Shown: one piece after another, positions 29,012 to 39,860 of the stretch
Position numbering within the stretch: the stretch's first letter is position 1
Layout: every line of letters starts with the position of its first letter
From: Prevotella sp. CAG:755
Lineage (GTDB): Bacteria > Bacteroidota > Bacteroidia > Bacteroidales > Bacteroidaceae
Reading direction: 5' to 3'
Assembly: GCA_963931215.1 (NCBI GenBank)
Contig: OZ006989.1
Location: 1,183,816 to 1,247,815 of the forward strand
DNA length: 64,000 bases
Position numbers and translations under genes: made by a program
The notes under the pieces: generated by a model
What the model saw: the letters and a program-made list of their open reading frames with translations, nothing else
Database searches by the model: none
Told to the model about the DNA's origin: nothing

Positions 29012-29294
29012 GTCCCGTTTTCGAAGCCGCACAGACCGATCCGGTCGAAGCTGCCATAAGCCCTTCACACAGGCTGCGCACCCACGACATACCGCCCGCA
29101 ACGCATTGCACCACGCCAGTGAAAAACGGCGATAACCACACAGCGCCCGGCAGACAGGCCGTAAAAACCTCGGGGAGCCTGTCGAAAGTTTTGTGCCTTG
29201 CGCTTTTCAGGGGCGAAAAGTACGCCGAATGGATTTAATTCCGTATTTTTGTAGCCATAATCGCCGTTTAGCGACTTACGCCGCCAATCAAAAC

Positions 29295-29891
29295 ATGGAA
29301 GTAGCTATCATTAAATACAACGCAGGCAATATCCGCTCCGTCGTCAACGCATTCAGGCGGCTGGGTGTCGAACCTGCCGTCACGGACGACCCGGCCGCCT
29401 TGGCCGCTGCCGACCGTGTGGTCTTTCCGGGCCAAGGCGAGGCCTCAAGCACAATGGCATATTTGCGCGCCCGGAGCCTCGACCGTGTCATCACCTCACT
29501 CCGCCAGCCCGTCCTGGGCATCTGCATCGGCCAGCAGCTCCTATGCGCTCACAGCGCAGAAGGCGACACGGACTGCCTCGGCGTCATACCCGCCGGAGTA
29601 GAGCGCTTCGCCCCCCGGCATCACGACGAGAAGGTGCCACACATGGGATGGAACACGCTTCACAACCTCGCATCGCCCCTCTTTGCCCATGTCAGCGAGG
29701 GTAGCTACGTCTTTTTTGTCCACAGCTACTACGTGCCGTGCGGCCCGCACACAATCGGCACAACCGACTTCATCGTACCGTTCAGCGCGGCGCTGCGCAA
29801 GGACAATTTCTACGCCACCCAATTCCACCCCGAAAAAAGCGGGAAAGTCGGAGAACAGATACTGCGCAACTTCTTAGACCTCACAGAATGA
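29295..29891 (+). CDS. hisH: Imidazole glycerol phosphate synthase, glutaminase subunit
   Basis: GNIRSV, PGQG, LGICIG, VPHMGWN, FVHSY, QFHPEKS. Confidence 0.95.
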   Translation: MEVAIIKYNAGNIRSVVNAFRRLGVEPAVTDDPAALAAADRVVFPGQGEASSTMAYLRARSLDRVITSLRQPVLGICIGQQLLCAHSAEGDTDCLGVIPAGVERFAPRHHDEKVPHMGWNTLHNLASPLFAHVSEGSYVFFVHSYYVPCGPHTIGTTDFIVPFSAALRKDNFYATQFHPEKSGKVGEQILRNFLDLTE

Positions 29892-30613
29892 TCGAAATCA
29901 TACCCGCCATCGACATTATCGACGGCTGCGCCGTTCGCCTCAGCCAAGGGGATTACGCCAGCCAGAAGAGTTACAGCAGCCACCCAGAGGAACTGGCCCG
30001 CCGCTTTGAAGACCTCGGTTTCCGGCGCCTCCACCTGGTGGACCTCGACGGCGCCCGCTCGCGCCACGTCGTCAACCTCCACGTGTTGGAGGCCATTGCC
30101 AGCATGACCTCACTGACCGTCGACTTCGGCGGAGGTGTCAAGAGCAATGCCGACGTCGAGAGCGCATTCAACGCAGGCGCAGCGATGGTCACTGTGGGCA
30201 GCCTCGCCGTGACATCACCCGACCGCTTCGCCCAATGGCTGCAAACCTACGGGCCGGAACGCCTTATCCTCGGGGCAGACGCACGCGATGGAAAAGTCAG
30301 CATCAACGGCTGGAAAGAAGACAGCCCGCAAGAACTTCTCCCCTTTCTGCAATCATATTGGGAAATGGGCGTCACGCAAGTGCTCTGCACCGACATCTCG
30401 CGCGACGGAATGCTCTCCGGACCTGCCGTCGGCCTCTACCGGTCGCTACTCGAAGCCAACCCCGCATGCCGGCTCATCGCCAGCGGAGGCGTCGGCAGCA
30501 TTGACGACCTTTGGGCGCTCAACGAGGCTGGCGTGCCCGCAGTGGTCGTCGGCAAAGCCATATACGAAGGGCGTATCGACCTGACTGCTGTGAGCAAGGC
30601 TTTCAACTCCTAA
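29888..30613 (+). CDS. hisA: Phosphoribosylformimino-5-aminoimidazole carboxamide ribotide isomerase
   Basis: [37 protein letters not shown]. Confidence 0.95.
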   Translation: MIEIIPAIDIIDGCAVRLSQGDYASQKSYSSHPEELARRFEDLGFRRLHLVDLDGARSRHVVNLHVLEAIASMTSLTVDFGGGVKSNADVESAFNAGAAMVTVGSLAVTSPDRFAQWLQTYGPERLILGADARDGKVSINGWKEDSPQELLPFLQSYWEMGVTQVLCTDISRDGMLSGPAVGLYRSLLEANPACRLIASGGVGSIDDLWALNEAGVPAVVVGKAIYEGRIDLTAVSKAFNS

Positions 30614-30627
30614 TCCCCCCCACGACT

Positions 30628-31386
30628 ATGCTGGCCAAACGAATCATACCCTGTCTCGACGTCAAAGACGGCATGACCGTCAAGGGCGTCAACTTCGTCA
30701 ACCTCAAAGAGGCGGGCGATCCTGTCGAACTGGGAAAGACATACAGCGAACAAGGCGCCGACGAACTCGTCTACCTCGACATCACAGCCAGTCACGAAGG
30801 ACGGAAGACTTTCACACAGATGGTCGAACGTGTAGCGGCCGAAATCGCCATTCCTTTCACCGTAGGCGGAGGCATCAATGAAGTGGCCGACGTCGAACGC
30901 ATGCTCGAAGCGGGGGCCGACAAAGTGAGTGTCAACTCTGCGGCACTGCGCAATCCCTCGCTCATCGACGAGACGGCGCGCCGCTTCGGTTCACAAGTCT
31001 GCGTGGTTGCCATCGACGCCCGCCAGGAAGCCTCAGGCGACTGGCAGTGTTACGTCAACGGAGGGCGCATCCCTGTGGGCCGCGGCCTCTTCGACTGGGC
31101 CCGTGAAGCCAGCGACCGCGGCGCAGGCGAGATTCTCTTCACCAGCATGAACCACGACGGCGTGAAGACCGGCTACGCCAACGAAGCACTCGCCCGCCTG
31201 TCCGACACACTCCCTATCCCAGTCATCGCCTCGGGCGGGGCCGGCACGATGGAACACTTCGCAGATGCCTTCACCGTAGGAAAAGCAGACGCCGCCTTGG
31301 CCGCCAGCGTGTTCCACTTCGGCGAAATCGCCATTCCTGCACTCAAACGTTACTTATCAGAACGCCGGATTCCCGTCCGGCTTTAA
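30628..31386 (+). CDS. hisF: Imidazole glycerol phosphate synthase, cyclase subunit
   Basis: [44 protein letters not shown]. Confidence 0.96.
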   Translation: MLAKRIIPCLDVKDGMTVKGVNFVNLKEAGDPVELGKTYSEQGADELVYLDITASHEGRKTFTQMVERVAAEIAIPFTVGGGINEVADVERMLEAGADKVSVNSAALRNPSLIDETARRFGSQVCVVAIDARQEASGDWQCYVNGGRIPVGRGLFDWAREASDRGAGEILFTSMNHDGVKTGYANEALARLSDTLPIPVIASGGAGTMEHFADAFTVGKADAALAASVFHFGEIAIPALKRYLSERRIPVRL

Positions 31387-31395
31387 CTTATAGTC

Positions 31396-32013
31396 ATGAT
31401 CAAAATAGACTTCGACAAGGGGGACGGCCTCGTCCCCGCCATCGTTCAAGACGCCACGACGCTGAACGTGCTGATGTTAGGCTACATGAACCGCGAAGCT
31501 TACGAAAAGACACTGGCCAGCAAGCGGGTCACGTTTTACAGCCGGAGCCGGAAAACACTCTGGACAAAGGGCGAGACAAGTGGCCATTTCCTCGAGCTGG
31601 TCAGCCTGAAAGTGGATTGCGACAAAGACACGCTCCTTGTCAAGGCAATCCCCCACGGCCCTACATGCCACCTGGGCTCAGACACATGCTGGGGCGAAAC
31701 GAACAAGGCTAATCCCATCACATTCCTCACTGAACTGCAAGATTTCATCGAGCAGCGTCATCGCGAGATGCCCGAGGGCTCATACACCACAAGCCTCTTC
31801 AAAGATGGCGTCGGCCGCATGGCACAAAAAGTCGGAGAGGAAGCGCTCGAAGCCGTTATTGAAGCCGTGAGCGGAAACGACGAACGCCTCGTTTACGAAG
31901 GAGCCGACCTGCTCTATCACCTCATCGTGCTACTCACGTCCAAAGGATTGCGCATCGAGGACCTCGCTGAGGAATTGTCCAAACGTCACAATCCGAACTG
32001 GAAAAAGCACTGA
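31396..32013 (+). CDS. hisIE: Bifunctional phosphoribosyl-AMP cyclohydrolase / phosphoribosyl-ATP pyrophosphatase
   Basis: YSRSR..LWTKGETSG, DCDKD, PTCHLG, KVGEEA, ADLLYH. Confidence 0.95.
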   Translation: MIKIDFDKGDGLVPAIVQDATTLNVLMLGYMNREAYEKTLASKRVTFYSRSRKTLWTKGETSGHFLELVSLKVDCDKDTLLVKAIPHGPTCHLGSDTCWGETNKANPITFLTELQDFIEQRHREMPEGSYTTSLFKDGVGRMAQKVGEEALEAVIEAVSGNDERLVYEGADLLYHLIVLLTSKGLRIEDLAEELSKRHNPNWKKH

Positions 32014-32087
32014 GCACGTCGCCGCAAACGGGCCATAATCCGCGCAAAGCACGTACCGTTGCATAAAAAGCCATAAAACGAACAAAT

Positions 32088-32831
32088 ATGTTGGTAGAGT
32101 TAAAGGACGCAGAAATAGGACATGAGGACATCCCTATCCTATCACACGTCGGCCTCACCGTCGATGAAGGAGAGTTTGTCTATCTTATCGGAAAAGTCGG
32201 CACAGGAAAGAGCTCCATCCTGAAAACGCTTTATGCCGAACTGCCCCTTCGCACCGGAGAAGGCAGTGTGCTCGGCTATAACCTCAAAAAGATGAAAAGC
32301 CGCAAGGTGGCCGACCTCCGCAAGCAAGTGGGCATCGTCTTCCAGGACTTCCAACTCCTGACAGACCGCACCGTCAGAGAGAACCTGGACTTCGTTCTCC
32401 GCGCCACCGGCCACAAGAAAAAGGCAGAGCGGAAAGAACGCATCCAGGCCGTGCTCGAAATGGTGGAACTGACCGAAAAACTCGACAGCTACCCGCACGA
32501 ACTCAGCGGCGGCGAACAGCAACGAATCGCCATTGCCCGAGCCATATTGAACGACCCGAAAATCATTTTCGCAGACGAGCCCACTGGAAACCTCGACCGC
32601 GACACGGGCGTCAAGATCGTCAACCTGTTACGCGAAATCTGCGAGCGGGGTACGGCGGTCGTCATGAGCACACACAACTGGGACCTTCTACAAAACTATC
32701 CCGGCATCGTCTACCGCTGCGAAAACGGGACGCTTTCCGAAGTCACCCAAGAGTTCAACAAACCCATCATCATGGGCGACACGACACCGTCGCCCGAACC
32801 CTCAGAACACTTAACAGGAACACAAGAATGA
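32088..32831 (+). CDS. ftsE: ABC ATP-binding protein, FtsE-like
   Basis: GKVGTGKS, VFQDFQLL, LSGGEQQR, ADEPTGNLD. Confidence 0.8.
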   Translation: MLVELKDAEIGHEDIPILSHVGLTVDEGEFVYLIGKVGTGKSSILKTLYAELPLRTGEGSVLGYNLKKMKSRKVADLRKQVGIVFQDFQLLTDRTVRENLDFVLRATGHKKKAERKERIQAVLEMVELTEKLDSYPHELSGGEQQRIAIARAILNDPKIIFADEPTGNLDRDTGVKIVNLLREICERGTAVVMSTHNWDLLQNYPGIVYRCENGTLSEVTQEFNKPIIMGDTTPSPEPSEHLTGTQE

Positions 32832-34156
32832 AAGTACTGAAATTCGGAGGAACCTCTGTCGGAACTCCACAACGCATGAAAGACGTCGTCGGCCTCATCA
32901 ACGACGGCAAACAAAAGATTGTCGTGCTCTCCGCCATGTCAGGCACGACGAATACCCTCGTCGAAATATCCGACTACTTCCGCAAGAACAACGCGGAAGC
33001 CGCCAACAATATCATCAATCAGCTGCGAATCAAATACAAGCAGCACGTCAAGGAACTCTACACCACGGAAGAACAGGCCACCAAAGCACAAGCCGTGCTC
33101 GACGAAATCTTCACTACACTGCGTTCTTTCTCACACAAACCTTTCAGTGATGCTGACGAAAAGGTTGTCTTGGCGCAAGGCGAGATTATGAGCACCAACA
33201 TGGTCACCCTCTACATGCAGGAACAAGGAATCAAGACGTTGCTCATTCCGGCACTCGATTTCATGAAGCTTGACACCAAGGACGAGCCTGACACCCACTA
33301 CATCCAAGAACATCTGGCCGCCATCCTCAAACAAGCCCCCGGCTACGACGTCTACATCACGCAGGGTTTCATCTGCCGCGACTCCGAAGGACGCATCGCC
33401 AACCTCCAACGCGGCGGATCAGACTATACGGCCTGTCTCATCGGGGCGGGACTGAAATCAGAAGAGATACAGATATGGACGGACATCGACGGCATGCACA
33501 ACAACGACCCGCGCTACGTGGAAAACACAGAGCCCGTCCGACAGCTCAATTTCGACGAGGCGGCCGAACTGGCCTACTTCGGCGCAAAAATACTCCACCC
33601 CACATGCATCCAGCCTGCCCGCTTCGCCGGCGTACCAGTACGCCTGCTTAACACGATGGAGCCGACCGCGCCCGGCACCATTATCAACAACGAGATGCAA
33701 AAAGGAAGCATCAAAGCCGTCGCCGCTAAAGACAACATCACCGTTATCAAAATCGTGTCGAACCGAATGCTCCTCGCCACGGGCTACCTGGCCAAAGTGT
33801 TCGAGATATTCAGCAAATACAAGACCAGTATCGACATGGTGACGACCTCCGAGGTTGCCATCTCGCTCAGTATCGACAACACATCGCGCCTTGTCTCCAT
33901 CCTCGAAGAGTTAAAGGAAATAGGAACGGTCAGTGTGGACTATCACATGACCATAGTCTGCGTCGTGGGCGACTTTGCTTACGACTACGTCGGCTATACG
34001 TCACGCGTGATGCAGGCCCTTTCTTGCGTGCCAGTCCGCATGATCGCCTATGGCGCCAGCAACCATAACATTTCCTATCTCGTCCATGAGAGCGACAAGC
34101 AGAAGGCCCTGCAAGCCCTGAGCTCTGCTCTTTTCGCACACGACAAACAAAAGTAA
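32828..34156 (+). CDS. lysC: Aspartate kinase
   Basis: KFGGTS, VLSAM, RGGSDYTA, WTDIDG, ACT domains. Confidence 0.92.
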   Translation: MKVLKFGGTSVGTPQRMKDVVGLINDGKQKIVVLSAMSGTTNTLVEISDYFRKNNAEAANNIINQLRIKYKQHVKELYTTEEQATKAQAVLDEIFTTLRSFSHKPFSDADEKVVLAQGEIMSTNMVTLYMQEQGIKTLLIPALDFMKLDTKDEPDTHYIQEHLAAILKQAPGYDVYITQGFICRDSEGRIANLQRGGSDYTACLIGAGLKSEEIQIWTDIDGMHNNDPRYVENTEPVRQLNFDEAAELAYFGAKILHPTCIQPARFAGVPVRLLNTMEPTAPGTIINNEMQKGSIKAVAAKDNITVIKIVSNRMLLATGYLAKVFEIFSKYKTSIDMVTTSEVAISLSIDNTSRLVSILEELKEIGTVSVDYHMTIVCVVGDFAYDYVGYTSRVMQALSCVPVRMIAYGASNHNISYLVHESDKQKALQALSSALFAHDKQK

Positions 34157-34166
34157 ACGCGACACA

Positions 34167-35342
34167 ATGACCACAGACTTCCCCATTGGAGCCTTTGAGC
34201 ACGTCGCAACTCCATTCTATTACTACGACACTGCGTTGCTTCGCGCCACATTGGCCGAAATCAAGCGGGCAACAGCCGGTGACGCTGCGTTCCATGTGCA
34301 TTATGCCGTCAAGGCCAATGCTAATCCCACTCTGCTCCGCATCATCGCCGAAGCCGGATTTGGTGCCGACTGCGTCAGCGGAGGAGAGGTCAAAGCCGCC
34401 TTGGCTGCCAGTTTCCCGGCCGAGAAAATCGTATTCGCCGGTGTCGGAAAAAGCGACTGGGAAATCCGGCTTGGCATTGAAGCCGGCATCCATTCGTTCA
34501 ACGTCGAGAGCATGCCCGAACTGGCCGTCATCAACGATCTGGCCCTGCGGGCCGGACGGCGGGCACGGGTGGCGCTACGCATCAATCCCAACGTCGACGC
34601 CCACACACACGCCAACATCACGACGGGGCTGAACGAGAACAAATTCGGCCTCGCCATGGAGGACATGGAAGCCACCGCCAAGGAAGCCACCAGCCTTCCG
34701 GGCATCGAACTCGTCGGACTGCACTTCCACATAGGCTCGCAAATCGAGGATGTCAGGACGTTTGTTCCCCTCTGCGAGCGCATCAACGACTTGCAACAGC
34801 GCCTTGAAAAAGAAGGGATCAAGCTCCCTTCACTCAACGTGGGCGGCGGACTCGGCATCGACTACCAGCACCCCGACGAGCACCCCGTGCCCGACTTCGC
34901 GGGTTATTTCGAGGTTTTCCGCAAGCACCTCCACCTTCGTCCGGGACAGTCGCTCCACTTTGAGTTGGGGCGGTCGGTCGTCGGCCAGTGCGGCAGCCTC
35001 GTGTCACGTGTGCTGTACGTGAAAGAGGGACACCAGAAAAAGTTTCTCATACTTGACGCCGGTTTCACGGACCTCATACGTCCGGCACTCTACCAAGCCT
35101 ACCACAAAATTGAGAACCTCACTTCGCGCGAGAGCCGCAAAGAGACCTACGACGTGGTCGGCCCCATCTGCGAGAGCAGCGACGTCTTTGCCAACGGGCT
35201 GACGCTACCGGCCGGCCATCGCGGCGACCTCGTCGTGCTCCGTTCGGCGGGTGCCTATGGCGAGGTGATGGCTTCGGGCTACAACTGCCGGCCCCTGCCG
35301 AAAGGCTACACCACGGAAGACCTCTGCCCCGACGTGGAATGA
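34167..35342 (+). CDS. lysA: Diaminopimelate decarboxylase
   Basis: YAVKAN, DCVSGGE, HFHIGSQ, NVGGGLG, ELGRS, GPICESSD. Confidence 0.95.
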   Translation: MTTDFPIGAFEHVATPFYYYDTALLRATLAEIKRATAGDAAFHVHYAVKANANPTLLRIIAEAGFGADCVSGGEVKAALAASFPAEKIVFAGVGKSDWEIRLGIEAGIHSFNVESMPELAVINDLALRAGRRARVALRINPNVDAHTHANITTGLNENKFGLAMEDMEATAKEATSLPGIELVGLHFHIGSQIEDVRTFVPLCERINDLQQRLEKEGIKLPSLNVGGGLGIDYQHPDEHPVPDFAGYFEVFRKHLHLRPGQSLHFELGRSVVGQCGSLVSRVLYVKEGHQKKFLILDAGFTDLIRPALYQAYHKIENLTSRESRKETYDVVGPICESSDVFANGLTLPAGHRGDLVVLRSAGAYGEVMASGYNCRPLPKGYTTEDLCPDVE

Positions 35343-35440
35343 TTTTCAGCCTGCTATAACCTTCGGCGGCGCGTCTTTTCCCTCGGAAGGCGCGCCGCTG
35401 TCATACGGTCCGGCTGCGGCCTCCAACGGCCAGCCGGATA

Positions 35441-35486
35441 GAAAAAACAGTCAGCCGGACAGGATTTCCTGTCCGGCTGACTGTTA
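35441..35486. terminator. Palindromic terminator between convergent lysA and porin genes
   Basis: AACAGTCAGCCGGACAGGA-tt-TCCTGTCCGGCTGACTGTT. Confidence 0.8.
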
Positions 35487-35498
35487 AGCCACGCCCTC

Positions 35499-36524
35499 TC
35501 AGAAGCGCACCATGAGCTCGACCACGGCTTTGTCGCGCTCGCTCGGATCGGGGATAGCGCCTGCGTCGTAAAAGTATTTCTCGTAGTTCAGCCTGAGTTC
35601 GGCGGCAATGGGACAGCGGATACCGAGTGTCACGCCGCCCGTCACACGTTGGCGTCCCCAGTCGGTGATGAGTGGGCGATGCGTATCCTCATCAAGTGCC
35701 ACGCCGTCCCAATGGTCCTGCATCATGTCGTAACGCGCAAGGATGGAAACCCGGCTAAGGAAACCGCGCGTAGGGATAGAATAAACGGCAAAGGCGTTGA
35801 AGGCATTGACGTCGCTGAAAGCCTTGTCAGCATAACGTTTGTAAAGGTATTCAGCCTCAACATGCCATCGCCCCAGTTCGACATACGTACCAATGTCATA
35901 CATGTAAAGCGACGTTTGGGCCGGCCGCGTCTTCTGCATACTCACTGTCACGTTCCATCCCTTGACGGGGAAAGCTTGTACTTTGGCCGAGAAACTCACG
36001 GCCTTGTTCCACTCTTTTTGTTCCGTCAGCCCCTTTCCGTTGAAAAGGCCGGCCTCTGCCACAAGGGGAATGCCTTGCGGCTTGTATGCCGCGGCAAGGC
36101 CGACATCGCGGACATCGCCCACCTGCTTGGCGATAAACGAACGGTTGGGAAAGTACTGCACATGAGGCGAGCGGTGGGCGTCGATAGTGAACGGAACACG
36201 CATTTGTCCCAACGTAAGCGCGCCCCAATCCGCCGGCTTGATCTGGGCGTAAGCGTCGAGCATCCGGATGCTTCCCTGATCCGAGAGGTCAATCTCGGCC
36301 TTATAAGCCACATAACGTCCCACATCGCCGGAAAGGCTGAAACGCGCATTGCGCACCTGGAAACGCCCCGAATGAATCTGCGGCTGGTACTCATATTTTG
36401 CCCGGACCGTTCCGTGGATTTCGGGCAGATAGTCTTTGAAACTCCGGGCCTTCGTGCTGTCGGCAGCGTCAGCCGTCTGAACGAGACCGGCTAACAACAG
36501 GAGGAGAATGACGGGTTTTCTCAT
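35499..36524 (-). CDS. Porin (phosphate-selective porin O/P-like)
   Basis: Signal peptide, VRNARF, LDAY, GQMRVPF, C-terminal VRF; directly downstream of the phosphate transporter. Confidence 0.8.
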   Translation of the reverse strand: MRKPVILLLLLAGLVQTADAADSTKARSFKDYLPEIHGTVRAKYEYQPQIHSGRFQVRNARFSLSGDVGRYVAYKAEIDLSDQGSIRMLDAYAQIKPADWGALTLGQMRVPFTIDAHRSPHVQYFPNRSFIAKQVGDVRDVGLAAAYKPQGIPLVAEAGLFNGKGLTEQKEWNKAVSFSAKVQAFPVKGWNVTVSMQKTRPAQTSLYMYDIGTYVELGRWHVEAEYLYKRYADKAFSDVNAFNAFAVYSIPTRGFLSRVSILARYDMMQDHWDGVALDEDTHRPLITDWGRQRVTGGVTLGIRCPIAAELRLNYEKYFYDAGAIPDPSERDKAVVELMVRF

Positions 36525-36584
36525 GATTGTCGTAGGTTTGGGGTTATTTTCATGACGCCGCAACTCGGGTCGCTGCAGCAGGGG

Positions 36585-38828
36585 TCAATGAACGAACTTA
36601 TAGAATCCGCGGATGAGGTGACGCAGGCTGCTAAGCAACTCCTGCGATTCCTGCAAAAGGTTGAGCAATACGAGCGAGGTGCGCAGGTTCGTACCTTCAT
36701 CCTGCATCTGGTCAAGCAGTTCCTTACGCAAGCGCGAAAGTTCATCCTTGTAGGCCTCAACCTCAGCCAAGAAGTGCTCGACGGCCGTAAAGTCGCGGTC
36801 GCGGATGATGGCCTGTGCCTGACGCATGTAAGCATCCACTTGCGAACGGACGCGTTGCAGATTGGCGCAGTCAGCGTCCGAGAGCGGAGTGAAGTTGTTG
36901 TCGACATGCTCCTTGCAGGGGTCGGCCATACGGCGCAGACAATACATCACCTGTTGCACGGCGTTTGTCGATAGGTGGAACCATGTGTTCCGTTCGATGG
37001 CTACGGCGGTGTCGATGCGGCGCAGGCCCACCATCTCCTTCTGGCGGAGTTTCCGGATGTCCTCCTTATGACGGTTGATCTGTTTAAGCGTCCGGCGCAA
37101 CAGCCGCAGGTTGCGGCCGATCATGCCGTCGATGATGCCATCGTACTCCGTCATGCTGGCTTCAAGTTGCTTCACCTGTCCTTCTGCCACGTGTTGTTTG
37201 AGCAAATCCCAAGTCTGGGCCTTATCCTTCGAAGTGATAATGCGTGCGAAAAGAGTGTCTCCCTTGTCTTCTTTCACCTTCTTGCCGTAAGAGATGTTAC
37301 TGCGCACAAGCAGGAACACAGCCACGGCGATGAGGACCACCATTACCACGACGCCGCCATAGAACATCAGCAGCGTGATGACAGCGCAAACCGTGAAAGC
37401 CACAAAAGCCGTCAAGAACCAACCGCCGATAACCGAAAGCACGCCCGTGATTCGGTAAACGGCACTTTCGCGGCTCCAAGCGCGGTCTGCCAACGAAGAA
37501 CCCATCGCCACAATGAATGTCACATAAGTCGTTGAAAGCGGCAGCTTCATGTTTGTTCCGAAGATGATGAGCAGGCCGGCCAGCACCAGGTTGACCGACG
37601 CACGTACCAAGTCGAAGGCCGCGCCGTTCTGGATGATGACCTCATCCTTGTTGAAACGGCTGTCTATCCATGCTGCCACGGGTTTCGGCGTATAGCGTTG
37701 CACCCACTCTGCCGCCGTCGTGAAGTGGCGCACGATGAGACGTGCCATGGCCGACGAGCCAAACATCTCCTCTCCTTCCTCCTGACGCGCCAAATCGACC
37801 GAAGTCTTGATCACGTTATGTGCCTTTTTTGACGTAGCCAAGGCATAAACCATGATGAGTCCTGCAAGAAAGAGGAAGATGAACGGCGTCTTGGCCGACG
37901 ATTCGAGCGACGACATCATGAACGAATGGACATTGGCCCCGCCAGCGTTGGCGGTGAAGTCGAGATAGGCAGAATAGCCAGCCAAGGGCACACCGATGAA
38001 GTTGACAAGGTCGTTCCCGGCGAAAGCTAAGGCCAAAGCGAACGTTCCGAGCAACACTACGACCTTGAACACGTTGACATGGCACCAATGAAGCGCCTGC
38101 ATCAGGACTGTGAAGAAGACAAAGCAACCCAGCACGAGCCACGCCGTATTCCGGTCCAGCCAAGCCAGACTTGCGGGCGTCATGAACGGCGCCATTTCCA
38201 ACCCCTTGATAAGGATGAAATAGGCCAACGACGTCGCGGCAATGCCACCGAAGATTCCGATGGTCCATTTCAAGTGCTTCACATAATTAAAAGTGAAAAT
38301 AAGACGCGAGATGTACTGCACCACTACACCCACAATAAAGGCAATGGCCACCGAAAGGAAGATGCCGAGAATGACAGACAGGGCCTTTTCGGTGTTCAGC
38401 AGTGTCCCGAACGAGAGCAGCCCTGTCGGGTCGGCCAGGATCTTCAATAGCGCCAAGACGAACGTACCGCCCAACAACTCAAAGACCATCGAAACAGTCG
38501 TCGAGGTAGGCATGCCCAGCGTGTTGAACACATCAAGCAACACCACGTCGGTCACCATCACCGCAAGGAATATGCACATCAGTTCGTAGAACGAGAAATA
38601 AGTCGGCTGGAAGATACCGTGACGCGCAATGTCCATCATGCCGTTCGACATCGTAGCTCCCGCAAACACGCCTACCGAAGCCACGATCAGGATGGTGCGG
38701 AACGTCGCCACGCGCGCACCGACTGCCGAGTTCAGAAAGTTGACAGCATCATTGCTCACGCCCACGAGGAGGTCGAAGACAGCCAGCATGAAAAGGAAAA
38801 TAACGATTCCCAAATAAACCAGTTCCAT
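36585..38828 (-). CDS. Inorganic phosphate transporter (PiT family) with a PhoU-like C-terminal domain
   Basis: GVSNDAVNF, GNDLVNFIG, PLSTT signature motifs; helical C-terminus. Confidence 0.88.
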   Translation of the reverse strand: MELVYLGIVIFLFMLAVFDLLVGVSNDAVNFLNSAVGARVATFRTILIVASVGVFAGATMSNGMMDIARHGIFQPTYFSFYELMCIFLAVMVTDVVLLDVFNTLGMPTSTTVSMVFELLGGTFVLALLKILADPTGLLSFGTLLNTEKALSVILGIFLSVAIAFIVGVVVQYISRLIFTFNYVKHLKWTIGIFGGIAATSLAYFILIKGLEMAPFMTPASLAWLDRNTAWLVLGCFVFFTVLMQALHWCHVNVFKVVVLLGTFALALAFAGNDLVNFIGVPLAGYSAYLDFTANAGGANVHSFMMSSLESSAKTPFIFLFLAGLIMVYALATSKKAHNVIKTSVDLARQEEGEEMFGSSAMARLIVRHFTTAAEWVQRYTPKPVAAWIDSRFNKDEVIIQNGAAFDLVRASVNLVLAGLLIIFGTNMKLPLSTTYVTFIVAMGSSLADRAWSRESAVYRITGVLSVIGGWFLTAFVAFTVCAVITLLMFYGGVVVMVVLIAVAVFLLVRSNISYGKKVKEDKGDTLFARIITSKDKAQTWDLLKQHVAEGQVKQLEASMTEYDGIIDGMIGRNLRLLRRTLKQINRHKEDIRKLRQKEMVGLRRIDTAVAIERNTWFHLSTNAVQQVMYCLRRMADPCKEHVDNNFTPLSDADCANLQRVRSQVDAYMRQAQAIIRDRDFTAVEHFLAEVEAYKDELSRLRKELLDQMQDEGTNLRTSLVLLNLLQESQELLSSLRHLIRGFYKFVH

Positions 38829-39383
38829 GGATTGAATGATTAGTAATGTTTGTTAGCTTTTTTAATGCTGCAAAGGTCTGCCTTACTCATGTAGCCCAAG
38901 TTACAAAACTATTACAAAATGATTACAAAGCATCCGGCACCGGATGCGGATTTCCCCCAAAACGCCCTCCCGCGACAGTTGGCAGCAAAAGCCATCCGAA
39001 AAGCCACAATACCTTCATCCGATTTTCTGAATGGGACAATCCCTATCCGTTGGCACTTTTTCTTGGCGCGACGACACTGACCGAAACGACAGAAACTGCT
39101 CTAACAAAAAAGGACAGATATGCTCGCGGCCTGTTCCTTCTATTGGCTCAAAACACTCAATCCAAAGCAAAGACTCTGTCCCTTGGCCCGACATGCGCAT
39201 TCCTCACCTTGCAGCCCGCTTTGTCCGGCTTTCCGTTGATTGGCCGTCTTGCAAACCGGTACAATCCTTTTAGGCTGGAAAACGGGTTATCTTCGTAATG
39301 ACTCACGCTACGTCCCGCCTTCGCCAAGTTCAAACATAAAAAACGGGCATCCTGACAAATCGTCAAGATGCCCTTGTGGTCTG

Positions 39384-39458
39384 TGGGCGCTGAGGGATTC
39401 GAACCCCCGACCCTCTGCTTGTAAGGCAGACGCTCTGAACCAGCTGAGCTAAGCGCCC
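39384..39458 (-). tRNA. tRNA-Val(TAC), copy without encoded CCA
   Basis: GGGCGCT/AGCGCCC, TCTGC-CT-TAC-AA-GCAGA. Confidence 0.95.
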
Positions 39459-39493
39459 GTTATGCTTACCCGTGAAGTGTCTTGCGTAAGTGG

Positions 39494-39568
39494 TGGGCGC
39501 TGAGGGATTCGAACCCCCGACCCTCTGCTTGTAAGGCAGACGCTCTGAACCAGCTGAGCTAAGCGCCC
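39494..39568 (-). tRNA. tRNA-Val(TAC)
   Basis: Identical body; CCA encoded. Confidence 0.95.
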
Positions 39569-39619
39569 GTACGAGCAAGACAACTTTCAATTAAACAACA
39601 GACAGCGATCAATTTTTGG

Positions 39620-39694
39620 TGGGCGCTGAGGGATTCGAACCCCCGACCCTCTGCTTGTAAGGCAGACGCTCTGAACCAGCTGAGCTAAGCGCCC
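39620..39694 (-). tRNA. tRNA-Val(TAC)
   Basis: Identical body; CCA encoded; TACTTTTG promoter box at 39720-39727. Confidence 0.95.
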
Positions 39695-39860
39695 TGTCTG
39701 TTGTTCGGAAAAGCGATGCAAAAGTAAGACTTTTTCCGATATGTTCCAAACGTATCACCGTTTTTTTTCGTCGCCATCTTGAAAAACCCGTTTCCTTTCT
39801 GATTAATCCAGGTACGGTGGAAGAAATTGCTACCTTTGCCACACATTAAATATATATAAC

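Noticed and set aside
18496-32013. Histidine genes split into two clusters
   Set aside because: hisGDCB and hisHAF-IE-ftsE-lysC-lysA as separate clusters is the usual Bacteroidales arrangement.
38846-39370. Track ORFs between the phosphate transporter and the tRNA-Val cluster
   Set aside because: No protein-like features; more likely promoter and spacer sequence.
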